Positions 12,385 through 26,094 of a stretch of 64,000 bases of DNA are shown here, in pieces. Position 1 is the stretch's first letter. Each line of letters starts with the position of its first letter. The position numbers and the translations under genes are program-made. This DNA comes from Hypanus sabinus (lineage: Eukaryota): the NCBI RefSeq assembly GCF_030144855.1, contig NC_082734.1, forward strand, positions 17,670,001-17,734,000, written 5' to 3'. The notes below the pieces were generated by a model. It saw only the letters and a program-made list of their open reading frames with translations, made no database searches and was not told the DNA's origin.

Positions 12385-15300
12385 CTTGCATCAGTGAGAC
12401 CACCTTCAGACTCGACCACAGCCCAATTCCTCGGCCCCTGGTGTCTTAATAGTTTCCTGACCTCCTTTAGGTCCCTTCCACCTGATGCTGTCGGGGCAGT
12501 AGCTGAGGTCCCCTCTGCCCTATCACAGATGCATCATTCTCTCTGGCCCTGTCCGTCAGCATGCCATCTCCTGACCTGCTTGGCCAGGCCAGTGAACTTG
12601 CCTCATTGCATTAAGTGCATTCCTGTGCTGGTGATATAGGTTGTTCCACGGGCCGATCTGATCACGATGCTACCATGGACATTGCTCATTTCACCCGTCT
12701 CTGATGGAAGGTGGCTTGCGTGACAGAGATGTGGTGCTTTAACTTACCCAGTCTCTCAGGAGCTCCACTTCTCCCCACAGGGAACAGAGTTGAACCACGT
12801 TTCTGTGCTCTGAGCAGCCCCTCACCTTGTTATTCTCACACACCTTCCCCAAGTTTGACCAAGGAAAGGCAGCAGACTAGATCAGTGTCCCTGGCAGGAG
12901 TAAACTGCATTCCCTACTTGTTTTATTGATCACCATTCCCTTTTTATGGTGCAGGCAGACTTAATTACAACGCTGTGTATAATACTAATATGATGAGACT
13001 GGCTTCTCACCGACTGCATGTTCAAACATGTGCTTGGTTTTGCATGGTTTAAGCCACAAGCCCAGGCCTGACGGGAGCTCGTCTGCACTCTGCGAGGGCT
13101 GTGGTTCCAGGTGTTGCTGAGGGCATTCACAAGCAGCCAAATGGAGCCACTTGGGGCAAAGACTCAGCTGTCACTGCTGCCCCTCCCACTCTCGCTGCAT
13201 CTCTCCATGCAGCTGCCAGCAGTTTTGCGGACTCAGAATTCCATTTGAGATTCTACATTAAAGCTTTACTTACCCACCCTGGAGAATTTCTCCAGATTAG
13301 TCGAGATGTATGTCTCCTGTGTTTGTTCGGGCTGCTGTCTCCCTGCACCATGAGGAACCTGGACTGCTAAAGAGGTGAACTGCCAGGTACACTGATACCT
13401 GGCACTCAAACGACAGGCCTCAGCAGGGGAGCTGGCTTGCCCGGAACTTCCTACATTTAATAAATGTGGCAAAAGTATTTGATCATCTCATTTAATAAGT
13501 TCTTCGGCCTCTTGTCCAAGAAGTGGAAGAATTTCACAGCCTAATGGGTGACCTTGTGAGAGATAAAGGATCTAGATCAGAAATATTTTGCCAATACAAG
13601 GTCATGTTGTGTTTAAAAGGAAAATGTGTTCAGTTTACTGCTTGTGGCTTGCAGTCAGAGGTCAGTGATGGGGTGTCCATCTAAGGCAGGGGTTTGCTAC
13701 CTTTTTAACACCATGAACCAATACCATAAAGCAAGGGGTCCATGGACCCCAGGTTGGGAACCCCTGGTTTAGGGTGAATTAGCCCATGTCTGCAAGGATA
13801 AGTAGATCATATTAAAGAATTATAACAAAGAGAAAAAGGTCCTCCCCTATTTGATCAGAATAACTCACATTCTGTCATTTCAAAATATTCTTGAAGTTTT
13901 TGCCGCTTTCCCTTTGCTCTGGGGAGTTTCACTCCCAGGGACTAGCAACAGGAGCAGAAGAACGTGGACCTCTAGCTCTGCACATTTGGCAGGTTCCTCA
14001 ATTTCCAGACCTTTCCTAGATCGTTTCTATAGTGTAAATTCCTGTTTGTGTTTATTTTTAGCTGTAAGTCAACATGACTGGGTGATCATTTAGGGATTAT
14101 ATCGAGGAGGAGGGTGTAATTTTTACTCATGGTTGAAGCGTATGAGCGTCAGTGAAGCTCAATCTTTTTTTGCGTGCTTTGAGGCAATGCTGCTGAACAG
14201 GTTGGTGCCTGGCATCAGGATATACAGCGCTCGGTTTAGGTGGAAAGAGCATAGGATCTATTGTGATAATAATAAATGGTTGTAGTCAACAATACCTGAA
14301 TACTGACTGAACTATAGTCAGAATGAGATGCAGGCCCCTACTTGTGTTGGTTGATTCATTGTTGAGGAAGAATCAATGGCAAGACTCAAATTCTAAATGC
14401 CTCTGATGTATTGCTGACTGGTTAAAACGTGCCCACTATCTGCACATTCACTTTGATCAGAAAGGGGAAGATAAGGGGGATGTGTGGGAGAGAGCTTTTT
14501 TCCCTAATAAATCAGTGGTAACTGTATGATTCCCTTTGGGAATGGATTAGGCCAAAAGAACAGACCTGTAACCCTGTCCCAACAACCACACATTATTTTT
14601 GCTCCACCTGTATCCAAGGTAGCTGGATCTTCCCCCACTCTCACTCTGTTTTTCTGGGCGGTTCTGGCTACCTGCTGTGTTGTCCATGCTGGAGAGCAGC
14701 TGCTCAGAGACTAATGGAGCTCAGATTAGTGCTGAGCTGTCCTCTGTTCCTGTACCAAGACAGGCCACGGTCTCACTTAAACCATAAATGGAGATGCATC
14801 ATCCACTGAAGTCCAACCACTCGCCTTTGTGTGGAGTCAGCCTTGGCACAGGGCAGCGCTGGGTGGAAGAGATCCAAAGGCACTTCTTCAACAAGATGGA
14901 AAATATCTTCTCCTTAACCAAAGTCATCAGACCTGCTCGTTTCTCTCCTGGCTGCCTGGGGATCTTGTTGGTTGTGTTTCTGACATTATCACCGGCACCT
15001 TGGTTGACTAGATTGGTTTGAACACTATTGTTAAGCCCCGAGTGCGTGCAGGCTCTCTCTAAGATGTCTTGAATGTTGTGCAGCCGTGGTGTCCTATCCA
15101 CTTAGACCATCTTGTTTCACCCCCGACAGGGTTCCAATAAAATCTGGAGCTGCCTACCGATGTCTTCTGTGTGAAAAATACCAGAACCGTAACCACGGAT
15201 ATGTTCCACTTGGGGCGGGTGAATTAGTTTGAAATGTACTTTTGATTTTTTTTTAAGAAGTAAAGCCTCCAGGAACACTTGGTTTAGCTATAGATGTGCA

Positions 15301-15910
15301 TTAGACCCACAGATTTTGTTGTTAGTGCTCAGTAGGGATGAGCTGTGTCTCAACTTTGTAAGTGTGGTCCTATCCTCTCCTGTACTTGAGATGCATGTAT
15401 GTGAATTACCTGAGACTCACAGTCTGCTCACTGCTGTTCCAGATGCTGTGGTGCTGAACTTGTGTGTCAACTCAGGAAAGGTACTGTAACTCAAGATCAA
15501 GTCAAGGGATATAATTTGGGCTTGGTTATGGTCTGAGGCGGGCTCCCATGTTCTGGATGCAGAATAAAGGCAGCTGCAGGTGAACACAGGCAGATCCACA
15601 CCCCTTGTAACACCAAGGGCAGTGCTCTCACCATTTTGACATCATGCACACAATCTCATGTCGTTATGCCTGGACAGTGGCCTTTGTAAGCAGGTTTGGC
15701 GTTTGACCATTTTAAACTGTGCTTTGTGCACCTGTCAAAGACCATGTCTGATACAGACCAGCACCGGGTGTCAGACAGGTTGTGTAAATATGTTTACCTT
15801 AAACAGTGTGTTCGGTTCCTCATTTACAATACAACTAAATAGATATTGTACAGAAAATACTTGTCTGTTGTCTTTCTTTCATACATTAAAAGTTAAAGGT
15901 ACACAATGCA
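12385..15910 (+). other. POLDIP3: Probable long POLDIP3 3' UTR
   Basis: Relatively repeat-poor stretch after the stop; AATAAA at 13459, 14271, 14506, 15136, 15563 and ATTAAA at 15885 after a TGTA-rich tract; true end uncertain. Confidence 0.5.
13687..13766. mobile_element. ~80-bp hAT/Charlie-like MITE in POLDIP3 3' UTR
   Basis: CAGGGGTT...GGTTGGGAACCCCTG terminal inverted repeats; related copies near 22066, 22825, 54963 and 58488. Confidence 0.7.
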
Positions 15911-18830
15911 TTGTTTGTAAAGTTGTGCAGCACACACAGCCTGCCTGCTGAGCAGTATTAACCAGTTACTTGGTAACTTGATTTGATCCAGATCTGCTCT
16001 GCAGTCCCTCTACAGAATAGAGCTAATCTCAGTAACATACACACGCACAATCACCCCTACCTCAATGCCCAATCAAAACAAAAAGCTGCAGTTCCTTCAT
16101 ATCAGGTGTTATTTAGTCTTCTATTCTCTGGAAGTTTTGTGTCTTCCTGTTCATGACTCATCCCTCAACAAATTTAACCATCATTGCTCCACTTTGTGGG
16201 AGCTGTGTGCAAATTGGTTGACAGGTTCTGCACAACACTTTACTGGCTGTAGACCAGTTTGGGACATTTTGCAAGGAAATGAAAGATAAAATAAGTACAA
16301 ATCTTCACATTACCTACTTGTTGCTGTTCCTTGTACATGGGCCTCGGTATCTCAACCCAACGATCATGCTTGGTTCTTAAAAAGAATTACTCAGTTACAC
16401 ACTAATGTTCCTTTCCCAGCAGCCCAGCCAAATACTCCATTTTCAGAACGTATCCAGTTCCATTTTCAGCTTGGCCATTGATCGTTTCCACTGCCCTTTC
16501 ATGAAGAGCAGTTCACATTGCAGATCACGGCATCAAAAAAGTCTCGGCCCGAAATGTCGACAGCACTTCTCCCTATAGATGCTGCCTGGCCTGCTGCATT
16601 CCACCAGCATTTTGTGTGTGTTGATCAAAAAACTCTGATCATCTGCCCATGGCTAAAGACAGTGAACCTGCCCCTCCTGTGGTTGAGATTCTTATAAATT
16701 CTCACCAGTCTTCCAGCAGTGGTCAGCATAATGCTTTACAGCACCACCAAGATTAGCGTTCAACTTCTGCTGCTGTCTATAAGGAGTTTATATGTTTTCC
16801 TTGCGACCACGTGGGACTTTTCCAGGTTCTCCAGTTTCGTCCTGCATTCCCAAAACATGGACAAGGCTCTTAAGTTGTGGGCGTACTGTGTTGGTGCCAG
16901 AAGTGGGGTGACATTGTGAACTGTCCCTAAGTGTATCATTGGACTGTTGGTCATTGATGTAAATGATGCAGTTTGATGTATACATGACAAATAAAGCTAA
17001 ACTTACAATATTTTGAATATTTTTATTGAAATAATGGATCAGTGATTCCTTCAAACTGAGCATGAAAGTTCCTGAAATCCACATTCTGGATGTAGTGTCT
17101 GCAATGCACTGATTATCTCATGCAATATCCATGCTTTCCCTAGGGTGTCTTCATTTCTTGTGTTTGGTAATGCTGTCAAATTCCTCTACTCACCAAAGGT
17201 CCAAGGTATAACCTTAATATCCCATCGGGACAATCCTACTGATCTCATAATGAAAAGCAGAGACATGGCTGATATTTAGTAATCCCTGGATATTGTGGTT
17301 GGCGTTTGACCAGTTGATCCAAGGGCACCACAGTAGTGTAGCATGATGCTATTACAGCTTGGGGTATCGGAGTTCAGAGCTCAATTCCAGTACCAGCCAT
17401 AAGAAGTTGTTACATTCCCTCCTTGACCGCATGGGTTTCCTTCCACAGTCCAAAGACTTACTGGTTGATAAATTATAAACTGTCCTGTGACTAAATAGAT
17501 GGCTCCCTGGGCAGTGCAGTTCTTTGGGCTGGGAGTGCTTGTTATGCACTGTATCTCTAAATAACTGAATAAATACTGGTACACGGCACTGCTGAGTTAT
17601 GATGATTTTACATCTGCCTCCAGCATTTCAGAAGTCGCTGAGCTGTGGGCTGGGGTTTAGCTGAGAGAAGGCTCCTGTCCAGAATGGAGATGCCATGCTC
17701 CATTGCAGCAGCTTTACACCTCGTCTGCTGGTCTTGCTTGATTCTGGGATGATGGATGAATGCTATCTGGCAGCCGAATTACACCTCAAGACAGCAGTCT
17801 TGGTTTGACTCATCAGCTGCAGATCCAAGTACCTTTCTGGCTCTATCACCCTCCTGCATAAACTCCTGTGTAGAACATGGGCCAAATTCAAGCCACTGGT
17901 CAGAATCCCATCCTCTTGGTCTGCTCCATCTTGCCAGTGATCTTACACAGGTCTGGTAAAGGAGTGTGGTGTAAGGGGCGAAATAAGACGATAGATCTTT
18001 GTTTAGTATGAAGGGTTTTTTTCCCAGGGCTTGTACCTCTTGGGGATTGAAAGCAGGAATTCGCCACCTCTGAGAAATGGTCTTGGTGTCAGTGTCAATT
18101 CTTCCTGTACAGGACTAATTAAGTTTGTCCTGTACCTATTCCAACACTGCAGGGGAATAGGTAGTTCTGCTGGTGGCGGAAGAAGCTGAAGATGCTGGAA
18201 TCTGGAGCAATGCACAAGATGCTGGTCAGCAGTGTTGGGGCACCTGTAAACGGTAGTATCCATCATTAAGGACCCTCACCATCCAGGGCATGCCGTCTTG
18301 CTACTACCATCAGGTAGGAAGTAAAGGAGTCTGAGCACCCACACTCGAAGTTTCAGGAACATCTTCCCTCCACCATCAAATTTCTGAATGATCCATGAAC
18401 TCTACCTCGCTTTTTTTGCACTATTTATTTATTATAACTTAGCTTTCTTTTTGTGTCTTGCACTGTACAGCTGCCACAAAACAAGAACTTTAATGTCATA
18501 TATCAGTGATAATAAACTCAATTCTGATACTGGGGGGAAATAGATAGTCGTTTCAGATCGAGACCCTGCAGCTGGACTGGTGAAATTAAGACGGTGCGGA
18601 ACCGGGCAGCTGAAAGTTGGGAGAGCTTGTAGCTGGGACTGGATGGGGACTAGATGGAGATGAGATGATGAGCAGTCCAGAAGAAGGGTCTTGACCCAAC
18701 GTGTTGACTTTCCCATTTCCCTCCACAGATGCTGCCTGACCCACCACGTGGGTCGGGTTCTGACATCGATGTAAATTTAGAGCTGAGAAGAGATGCATCG
18801 GGTGGTCTGGCACAGAATCATTAATACACG

Positions 18831-19438
18831 TGTAACACTTACCCAACGGGCTGGTATATGTCTAGGGGAAAAGGAGATCCACCAACCCCACCTCCCATAC
18901 ACGCAGGTGCTGTGAGAATCAAGTTTATGCCGCGCGTACACACACAGTATCAAACTCACACCAAATACCGTTATGGAATACACTTTAAAGATTTTACTAA
19001 AACTAAAAGATACTGCAATACAGTATATATGAAGGAAAAGAAAATAAAGTAAAAGGCGCCAACTTATCAAAGTTCAGTTAGTTTAGTGCACATCGTTGGA
19101 GCTCAACCATCGAACCATTCGACCCCTCGTCACTTTCTTCCGACCTCCACGTCCTCGCACCTGGGACCACCCTGTGGTCAACCAAGCAGTGCAGCGCACG
19201 TCCACCTTCCTCGGCGTCTCCTTCCCGACCCCCCCTGAAAAAACCGCAAAAACCCCCAAGCTCCCAGCCTCACAAGACAAAATAACATTCTTCATTGGTT
19301 AAAAAATGAATACAATCCCCATATCAGCAAGTCCAAAGCTAAACAACTGCGAGAGAAAACACTTATCAAACATAAAAGCATTCCTACTCTAGCAAACCAA
19401 AGAAGCCATTTTGATTAACATACACAGCACATTGTACA
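18831..19438. mobile_element. Solo LTR
   Basis: TGTAAC...TGTACA termini, near-perfect 4-bp TSD (CACG/GACG), internal similarity to 37681-38234. Confidence 0.65.
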
Positions 19439-19747
19439 GACGTATCCAACTGCCTATGGCTGGCAACCTGATCCCATTTCCAGCGCCCAGACAGCAGCCT
19501 AGGTTTGACACATCAGGTGCACATCCAAGTACTTGCCTCTTCCCCCACCCTTCTCCCCATTGCCTCCTGTTCCACACGCCCACGCACCGGACAGGAGTGT
19601 TTCTGCCTGGTACTGGGCAAGCACTGCCGGACGGCTGTTATAACGCGCAGTCGGTGTGAACGGCATGAGAGTTAAAATTGTAAAGTGAGCTCTTTTGACT
19701 AGATCCCCTAAATTGATTTGACTGAGTCTATCTTTAAAATATTAATA

Positions 19748-20383
19748 TCAGAAATACTGCGCAGGTCTGGCGGCAGAAGATTCCCACTCTTTTGTTGATC
19801 TTGGGTAGCGGGAGTACTGGTAGCAAATCTTGTTGAATGAAGGGGTTTCCAGCGTGTAAGGTCCGGTTTGCTGTCGAGTTGAACTGACCCTGTGACGAAT
19901 TTGGATGTTTGATGGCGTGATGTTGTGAACTACTTTGAAAACGGAGATTAACCGTAGTTTAGTTCGTCGGTTTTCAAGTGGTTCCCAATGAAGGTTAGAG
20001 AGCATGTTAGTGACACTGGATTTCCTGTTGTAATCGTTTAGCACAAAGCGAGCAGCACGACGTTGGATTTTTTTGGTGGACTTTTTATTGTTAGCTTGAT
20101 GGGGATCCCATATGGCCGCGCAATATTCGAGCTTTGGACGGACGAGTGCCTTGTATGCCGCGACCTTGACGGATTTACTACATGAGTGGAGTTTTCTTCG
20201 GCATTTGTTTGCTTTGACTGTAAATCTGATTGATGTGCCATGCCCAGTTAAGATCCTTGCTAATTTCAACACCAAGATATGGGTGGTTCAAGATTCTTTA
20301 CCTTCATGTTATATGTCGTGTTGATTGGCTGAACTTTGTGACTGACGTGGATAGTATAACATTCAGATGGGCTGAAAGACCAT
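19748..20383 (-). mobile_element. CR1/L2-superfamily LINE ORF2 C-terminal fragment unlike the resident CR1 copies
   Basis: AYKALVRPKLEYCAAIWDPH...IQRRAARFVLNDY...SSVTNML..LHWEPLENRR; upstream frame WSFSPSECYTIHVSHK. Confidence 0.8.
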
Positions 20384-20469
20384 TGACGTTACGTCACTCG
20401 GGAGGCCGGCCGGGGTCCCATCCCGCCACCGCGCAGGCGCAGAGCCGCGCGTTGCATCCTGGTCGTGTG
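20384..20469 (+). promoter_or_regulatory. RRP7A: RRP7A CpG-island proximal promoter
   Basis: CRE/ATF-like palindrome TGACGTTACGTCA (20384-20396), NRF1-like GCGCAGGCGCA (20431-20441), CpG-rich. Confidence 0.65.
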
Positions 20470-20521
20470 ATGGCGCCGCGCGGTGATGGAGTCGGCAGAG
20501 CGGAGTCGGCAGGTTTCTCAG
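20470..20521 (+). CDS. RRP7A: RRP7A exon 1
   Basis: ATG in CpG island, MAPRGDGVGRAESAGFS, donor G|GTACCG, phase 1 matches exon 2. Confidence 0.85.
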
Positions 20522-20628
20522 GTACCGAGGGGTATGGGTGGGGGGAGACCCAGGGAGCCGGGAGGGGCAGGGGGTGATGCGTACAGTCTTCTGTGGGACC
20601 GGACTGACTTCCCTCTCTCCCCCGCCAG

Positions 20629-20768
20629 AGATCCCCGTGAGGTTCCTGGACAAGAGCCCGGTCTCCCGCTGCCTCCTGGTGAAGCCGCACCGGGCCCGTG
20701 AACCTGCTGCCGCCCGGCCTCAGAACCGCACGCTGTTCGTGCTCAACGTGCCGCCCTACTGCACCCAG
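20629..20768 (+). CDS. RRP7A: RRP7A exon 2
   Basis: IPVRF...RPQNRTLFVLNVPPYCTQ (RRP7A RTLFVLNVPPYCT motif); AG/GT boundaries. Confidence 0.96.
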
Positions 20769-21500
20769 GTACCGGGGAGGTGGTGTGGGGTAAGGGGAGA
20801 AGACGGGTGGGATCCCGTGAGAAGGAAGGAGGGCGCTGGGGGAAGCGGAGGAGATCGAAATTAGGAGTGGGAACGGCCCCTCAGCCTCTTGAAGCTGCTC
20901 CACCATGTGACAGTCCGATCCAGCTGTAACCTCAACTCTGATTCCCGCCCTCCGTCCAGGAACCTCTTAGCCCTTCGCTTAGAAGAATAGTCTTCTTACA
21001 AATATATATAGTCAGAGGTTCTGTTAATGGCACTATTTGCAGAAGAGAACACCAAAAGCTGTCAGTAAGAGAGAAGTTCACCTTATCTCTGTCTAAAGCA
21101 GCTGCCCTCTTGATCCTTCCACCAGAAACCTCAACAGTATCTTGTGTTTCAATCAAGGCCCCTCTCACTCCTCTGCACTCCAGTGATGTAATCTGGGCTG
21201 TCCAATCTTTTCATATGAGATTATGCATCCCACTGCTAATTGTGTAAATCTTCCCTAACTGTTAATGAGTCCTGGACACTGAGGTGAGGGTGCCAGCTGG
21301 TTGCAGGCCTTGAGCCCTCGAAATAGGGATGAAAGTTGGGGCCAGCACACTGGGCGTTGAGTCTTGAGGGAGGTTGGGTAGACAAAAGGGATTTGCTATA
21401 CTCTACTACCATGAAAATCTGTTCCCTGGAATATTTTTAAATATTAGTTTAGCATTACTGAATCTGCCTGAAGTTTTTGTCCTTCTTTGTTGGGCAATAG

Positions 21501-21626
21501 GAGAGTGTGCACAGGCTCTTTTCACAATGCGGTGACGTCGTGGCAGTGGAACTACAAGACAGACCAGGCCCAGGAACCAAACCTGAGGAAGTGAAATCTA
21601 AGTTTTTCTCCAGGAAACCTGCGGAG
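21501..21626 (+). CDS. RRP7A: RRP7A exon 3
   Basis: ESVHRLFSQCGDVVAVELQDRP...KSKFFSRKPAE; tag|...|gtaatg. Confidence 0.95.
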
Positions 21627-23759
21627 GTAATGTTTCAGTGTCTGGTGTGATTATCGTTGCAAGCCAGAGTTCTTTGGAGTGTGTGAATGTAGAGGTGAAC
21701 TGGAAGACCATAAGAGTGAGCTGGGAATCATTGCTGGGGTGGTCTGAAAGGAGTTGACTTCAGATCAGAGAGTCGTGAGTGAGTTTCTCCTTATACACTG
21801 ACCGTCTTTGGCATTACTAAACGATGTGTGTGGGAATGGTGTCGTGGGACAACTTGTGGGATTTCAGCTATCATTGAACATCCTGTATAACCATCATAGG
21901 TCAAGTGAAGTTTTGGTTTGCTGTTTGCCTTGGGAGCAGTCTGCCCTGTGACAGTGGGCGAGTAAGACTCAACTGTCAAGTCATCTCTTCTGGGGGTTTG
22001 GCTGAAAGGAATGGATAGAACTTGTCAGGTCTGACCTAGACGGTCTCGCATTCAATCTCCTAAAGCAGCGGTTACCAACCTTTTTAATGCCATGGACCCC
22101 TTCTATTAACTGAGGGGTCTGTGGAGCCCAGGTTGAGCAGCCCTCTGTCTGTCTGTCTCTGTCTCTCCCCCTCACTTCCCCCCCCTCCCATGGCTGTTCT
22201 GTCATCTGAATAAAAGGATTTGTAGATCCTGAGTGTGGCCAGTACACTAAAAGGTGCTGAGGACGGAACTCTCTCTGGACCTTTTAACAGAGTTTGGCAT
22301 GGAGAGGGGTTAGTTTGTCCAGGAGTGGCAGAATCACTCTTTGCAGAATGGTGGGGGGAGGGGGTATACTTTTGCAGCTGGTCTGACTAACCCTTTCCTG
22401 CCAAATCCAGTTACCTGAAGGTGTTGGGAGTCTTGATCAGGCGAGCCAGGACATGTAGCGAGAACTGGTCAGAACAAATGGCCAAGGTGCTACACACGTT
22501 AGAAGGGTGAGAGTGGTTGTTGCTCTGGATGGCAGGAAAGAATCCAGTGCTCGGGGGGAAGTGCTGTTACCCAGGTGTAGCCTGTGTCCCGCTCCTCGAC
22601 ACACAAACAGGGCCTTCAGCCCACGACATCAGTAACTTTTATGCTGCCTTTGTCATCACTTTGTCCATAACCTTCCCTGCCTCAGTGATTCAAGTACTCA
22701 TCTAGATCATTCCTACGTACTCCGAGAGTATCTGTCTCCGGCACCCAGTTGAACAATGCGTTCTGGATTACACCTGGAAAGTTCTGCCTCTGAGTACCTC
22801 TGAATCATTACTCTTAGCCGAGGATTTCGAGCCTGGTGTCACAGACCCCGAGTCCATGGCATAAAAAAAGGTAGGGAACTCTTGCCCTAAACCTACACCT
22901 CCCAGTTTCTGATGATGGTGTTAAGTTTCTTACCATCTCCCTCTCTGCGCCACTGATAATTTTCCATATTTTTATCGTCTCTCAGGTTGCTGTACTCCAA
23001 AGAAAATAAACCAAAGTCATTGATTCTCGTAACTGAAATGCACCATCCCAGACAATGTGAAATTATAGGATTGTACATTACAGAAATGTGCACTTCCAGC
23101 CCACCTAGTCCATCCTCAACTTCACTAAACCCATTTGCCTGTATTCCTTTACACTGGCTATCCACAGGCCCCTTGCTTGATGGTATTGGTCCATAGCGTA
23201 ACAAAAAGTAGAACCCCTGCTCTACACCTTTCCTATCCAGGTACCTGTCCCGGTGTCTTTTAAATGTTATAATTGTATCTACCTTCGGCAGCACCTTCTC
23301 CTTAAAAACCTGCCCCTTTGATCCTCGTTACGTTTCTTCCCTTTCACCAAAAGCTTGCTGGGAAAAGATTAGAACCACCTATCCTATCGATGCTGCTCAT
23401 AATTTTATAAACCACTATAATATCACCTGACCCTCATGTGTTCCAGTGAGATTAAACACAGCCTGTGCAATCTCACCTCTTAACCTCAGATCTCCATCCC
23501 AGGCAGCATCCTGGTGAATCTCTTCTGCGCTGTTTCGTAATTCTACTGCATCCTTTGTGTAGCGTGGTTACCAGAACTGGGCACAATACTCCAAATGCAG
23601 TTAACTAGTGATCTCTACGGCTGCAGCAGGATGTCCCAGTTCCTCTTTTCAGTGCTCTCCCAATGAAGGCATGCTCACCAAATGCCTCCCTCTCTGCCTG
23701 TGTCGTCACTGTTGGGGAGCACCCCCAGGTAAATCCAGACAGAGTAAGGATTCTTTGCC

Positions 23760-24420
23760 GTCTGGAGGAACAGAGGGATCTTGGAGTCCGCGTCCATAGA
23801 TCCCTCACATTTGCTGCGCAAGTCAATAGGGTTGTTAAGAAGGTTTATGGTATTTACACCTTCATTAGTCAGGGGACTGAGTTCTGGAGCCGCAAGGTAA
23901 TGTTGCAGCTCTGTAAAACCCTGGTCAGATCACACTTGGAGTATTGTGTTCAGTTCTGCTTGCCTCATTATAAAGGATGTGGAAGCTTTAGAGAGGGTGC
24001 AGAGGATGTTTTATGAGGAAAGGTTGAGTGAGCTGGGACTTTTCACTTTGGAGCAATTAGGATAAAAGGTAACATGATGGAGGTGTATAAGGTGATAAGA
24101 GGCTTAGAGTGGACCACCAATGCCTTACCCCAGGGCAGAAATGGCTAATCTGAGAGGGCATAATCTTAAAATGATTGAAGGAAAATATAGGGGGAAATGT
24201 CAGGGGTAGATATTTCACACAGAGTAGTGGTGCATGAATACACTGGCAGGCATGAAGGTAGAGGCAGGTATGTTACAGACATTTAAAGAACATGGCTGAA
24301 AGAAAAACGCTGGGCTATGTGGGAGGGAAGTGATTGATCTTGGAGTAGGTTAAGAGGTCAGAACAGTGTTGTGGGCTGAAGGGCATCACAGTGCGGACCT
24401 GTTCAATGTTCTGTGTTCTA
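23760..24420 (+). mobile_element. Degenerate CR1 3' fragment in RRP7A intron 3
   Basis: EQRDLGVRVHRSL...KTLVRSHLEYCVQF; an inverted CR1 piece lies just upstream (~23200-23690). Confidence 0.7.
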
Positions 24421-26094
24421 CATCGGTTTATTGTCACATGTTCCGAGGTACAGTGAAAAGCTCGGCTTATGTAGCATCCACACTGATCAATTCATTACCA
24501 TGAATAGTACAATTGAGGTAGCACAAAGTTAAACAATAACACATACACTATAGGTAGACGGAGCGTGCAAGCTCTTAGTGAGGTAGATTGTAAGGTTAAG
24601 ATTCTACCTTGTTGTACTAAGGAAATATTCAGTAGTTTTATAAATATGGAGTCACAATGGTGATATGTGCTTTCAGGCTTTTGTGTCTTCTGCTTGATGG
24701 GAAGAGGTTGAGTGTGGGTGGGACCTTTGATTATGCTGTCTGCCATACAAAGGAAGCAAGAACCCATGGATCTGTGATGGGCTGGACTGTGTCCACATCT
24801 CTGTGCAGTTTCTTGTTATCACGTACAGAGCAGTTGCCCTACCAAGCCGTGGTGCACCTCTAGAGAACGCCTACTGTAGTGCATCGATACCATTTGGTAA
24901 GGGTCGATGCATGTCTTTAGCTTTATGAAGAAGTAGAGGTGTTGGTGAACTTTAATGTGGCTGGCAGAGGATGCTCTCGTCCTCAGCACCATTAATGTAA
25001 ACAGGAGCATCTTCGTTGTCCCACTTCCTGAAGCCAGTGACCAGCTCTCTTGCTTTGCTGGCATTGAGGAAAATGTTGTCACTGGGCTCTCTGTCCTGTG
25101 ACTCGTTGGTATTTGAAGTACGATCCACTGCGGTGGCATCATCTGGCATCGTGTAGCTGGAGTGTATCTGGCCGCACAGTTGTGAATGCCAGGTAGTGGG
25201 TAGGTGGGTGAGGACGCAGCGTTGTGGTGTGCCAGTGCTGAGAATAATTGTGGCAGAGGTGTTGCTACCTTTCTTTGCTGTCTGTCTGTATATCAACATT
25301 CCTGTGATCCTATATGATATATGATCCGATATACATTTGGTGTATATGTCCTTCTAGAATTTGATTCCCGAAATAAGTCACCTTACGCCTGTCTGTTTAA
25401 TTCCATCAGCCACCACTCCTCCAACTTTCTGGTTGAGTTATGCCCTGCTTAGATAATATTCCTTGTCTGTTTTCATTTTGCCTGCGATCTTAGCAATCAG
25501 AGCCCCGGTTCTCATCTTGTCATTTATACATTACAAATGACGAAGGCTTCAGCACTGATCCCTGCGGTACTTCCAGACTTCTTAGTCGTGTACCACTGCT
25601 TTCTTCCTATCACAAAACCAATTTTGGATCCAGTTTCCTGATGTGCCTCGGGTCCTTTGTGCCATGTGGGACGTTATTAAAAGCCTGAAGTCTGGACAAG
25701 TCAACACTCTTGCCTTCATCGATTTTTGTGGTTTTCTAGTGAACTCCCCTCACCCTTCAGGTCACCTGCGTCCTTCCAATAGTGTTGGCACCAGACCTAT
25801 ACAAAGTGTTGCAGCAGTTGTCTAACCAGCAAGGTTTTATAAAGAAGCACGGTAACCTCCCTGAGATTGTTCTGTGTCCCAGCTATTGAAGACAAGGATC
25901 CAATATTCCACCTTTACCTTATCGACCTGTGCTGCCACCTTCAAGGATCCTTGGCCCTGAAGAGTATTGAGGGAGAGAGACCTTGCTTGGTGGCCCTAGC
26001 AGTCTTTTTTTCTCGCCTGTCGGTGGTGGTCCAGAATACATCCCACCAGCCCCAGGGAGGGTGTGCTTATCCACTTTGAAGCCCAGTGAGACGT

